DNA of 63,819 nt, filler included, from Octopus bimaculoides (Eukaryota), in the NCBI RefSeq assembly GCF_001194135.2. It is 6 parts of 3 records of this genome, joined end to end, with 100 filler letters (N's around TTAATTAATTAA, not from the genome) between each part and the next. Parts side by side here need not be neighbours in the genome. Positions count along the whole stretch, not along the records: positions 62,669 to 63,819 come from NC_068993.1; 5 more parts are not named here. One strand, 5' to 3'. The notes below the pieces were generated by a model that worked only from the letters and a program-made list of their open reading frames with translations, searched no databases and had not been told where the DNA came from. The stretch's first letter is position 1. Each line of letters opens with the position of its first letter. The position numbers were made by a program, and so were the translations under genes. Positions 62,844 to 63,819 of the stretch are shown here, piece after piece.

Positions 62844-63819
62844 CCGACACTTTTCTCTGCAAAATAGGGGTAGATTATCCTGTTCAGGCTATATTATTAG
62901 CATTATTCTGCGATTGAGAATTTTAAAAAAAATATATATATATATATGCATACATATCTGTGTTATTAAATAGATATATATGTGCATGCGTATCTGTGTT
63001 ATTAAATAAACATAAAACTTTGATTTCTTTCGGAAAGAATGCTTTTATATAAATAAATATTCAAATGGAAAATTCGACTGAAGTTTGTTTTTATTCTTTT
63101 ACCAAGAAGTTTGTTGTTGTTCTTGCTGCTTCTGCTCTGCCTAACGCACATCTCAGCTGTGCGGGGACTAGAATGACAAAGAATGTGTCCATGTGCCTTC
63201 TGCGTCTCGTAAAATCGATTGAAACATGTTGAGGTAGGTTTGCACTCTGACTTCTTAGAACTCTTACCTGACCCTCCTTCGCGGGGAATTACTTCGACTG
63301 CTTATAAGACATGTCGAATGAACCGCTTGGGGCAAAGTCATTGGGACCTCATCTGCTAAATAGAAAAAAAAAACCCTGAGGGGTATGTGGGGGCTGGAGA
63401 GTTGTCTGGTTTGTGCAAAGGTGTCATCTGTTAGGATTAGCGATTTTTCGTTTCAGCCTGAGGAGGACTGTTTGGGTGGGAACCTGCAGTGTCCTCTCGA
63501 ATGAATTAATTGAAAGGTGGATGAAAGTTGCATAAATGCCCAAGATCTGTGAGTCAGAGAAAGAGAACTGGAGAGAGCACTTGCTGTTGGTGTCCAAGGA
63601 TATCTTGAACAATAGAGTTCCTAGATTATCCTAGAGATCCTCCTGCATAGGAGGACTACATCATTATTATTACCCCACCTTTTTTTTACCTTTTGTATAC
63701 TATGCATGTTTCCCTTCCTCTTCATCGTGTACCTTGCAATACTTGCTATTTTATTTATTTATTTATTTTATCATTTCATCATATGTAAACCCCCACAATT
63801 CGTCGTCGTCGTCGTCGTC

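Noticed and set aside
63130-63650. GC-richer stretch resembling a decayed RTE LINE
   Set aside because: Only a weak LGH-like motif; needs a database search.

Overview
AT-rich, microsatellite-dense, gap-rich eukaryotic scaffold. The repeat content points to an octopod cephalopod (Octopus-like); this is an inference. One host gene is visible: a class A neuropeptide GPCR of the PRXamide group (capa/pyrokinin/neuromedin-U receptor-like) on the minus strand. Its first coding exon (32260-33124, N-terminus to TM5/ICL3) ends at a GTGAGT donor, and a probable Asn-rich terminal exon (19854-20264) runs into a gap. The TM6-TM7 coding sequence is not visible and probably lies in N-gaps. The rest is mobile DNA: several tRNA-derived SINE families, R4/Dong-like, Hero-like and RTE LINE fragments, Penelope-like elements (PLEs), Tc1/mariner derivatives and a degenerate initiator tRNA-Met. 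The two most unusual structures are (1) a 935-bp element 0.7 kb upstream of the GPCR start, with ~275-bp inverted arms, TGTAG...CTACA ends and a 4-bp TSD, whose left part looks like a complete gypsy-type LTR plus primer-binding site, and (2) two PLE copies in which the GIY-YIG stop codon is followed by a tRNA-like Pol III module and then a hammerhead-ribozyme motif. Most ORFs in the supplied track are microsatellite or N-gap artefacts. All alignments were done by eye, and repeat boundaries are approximate unless stated.
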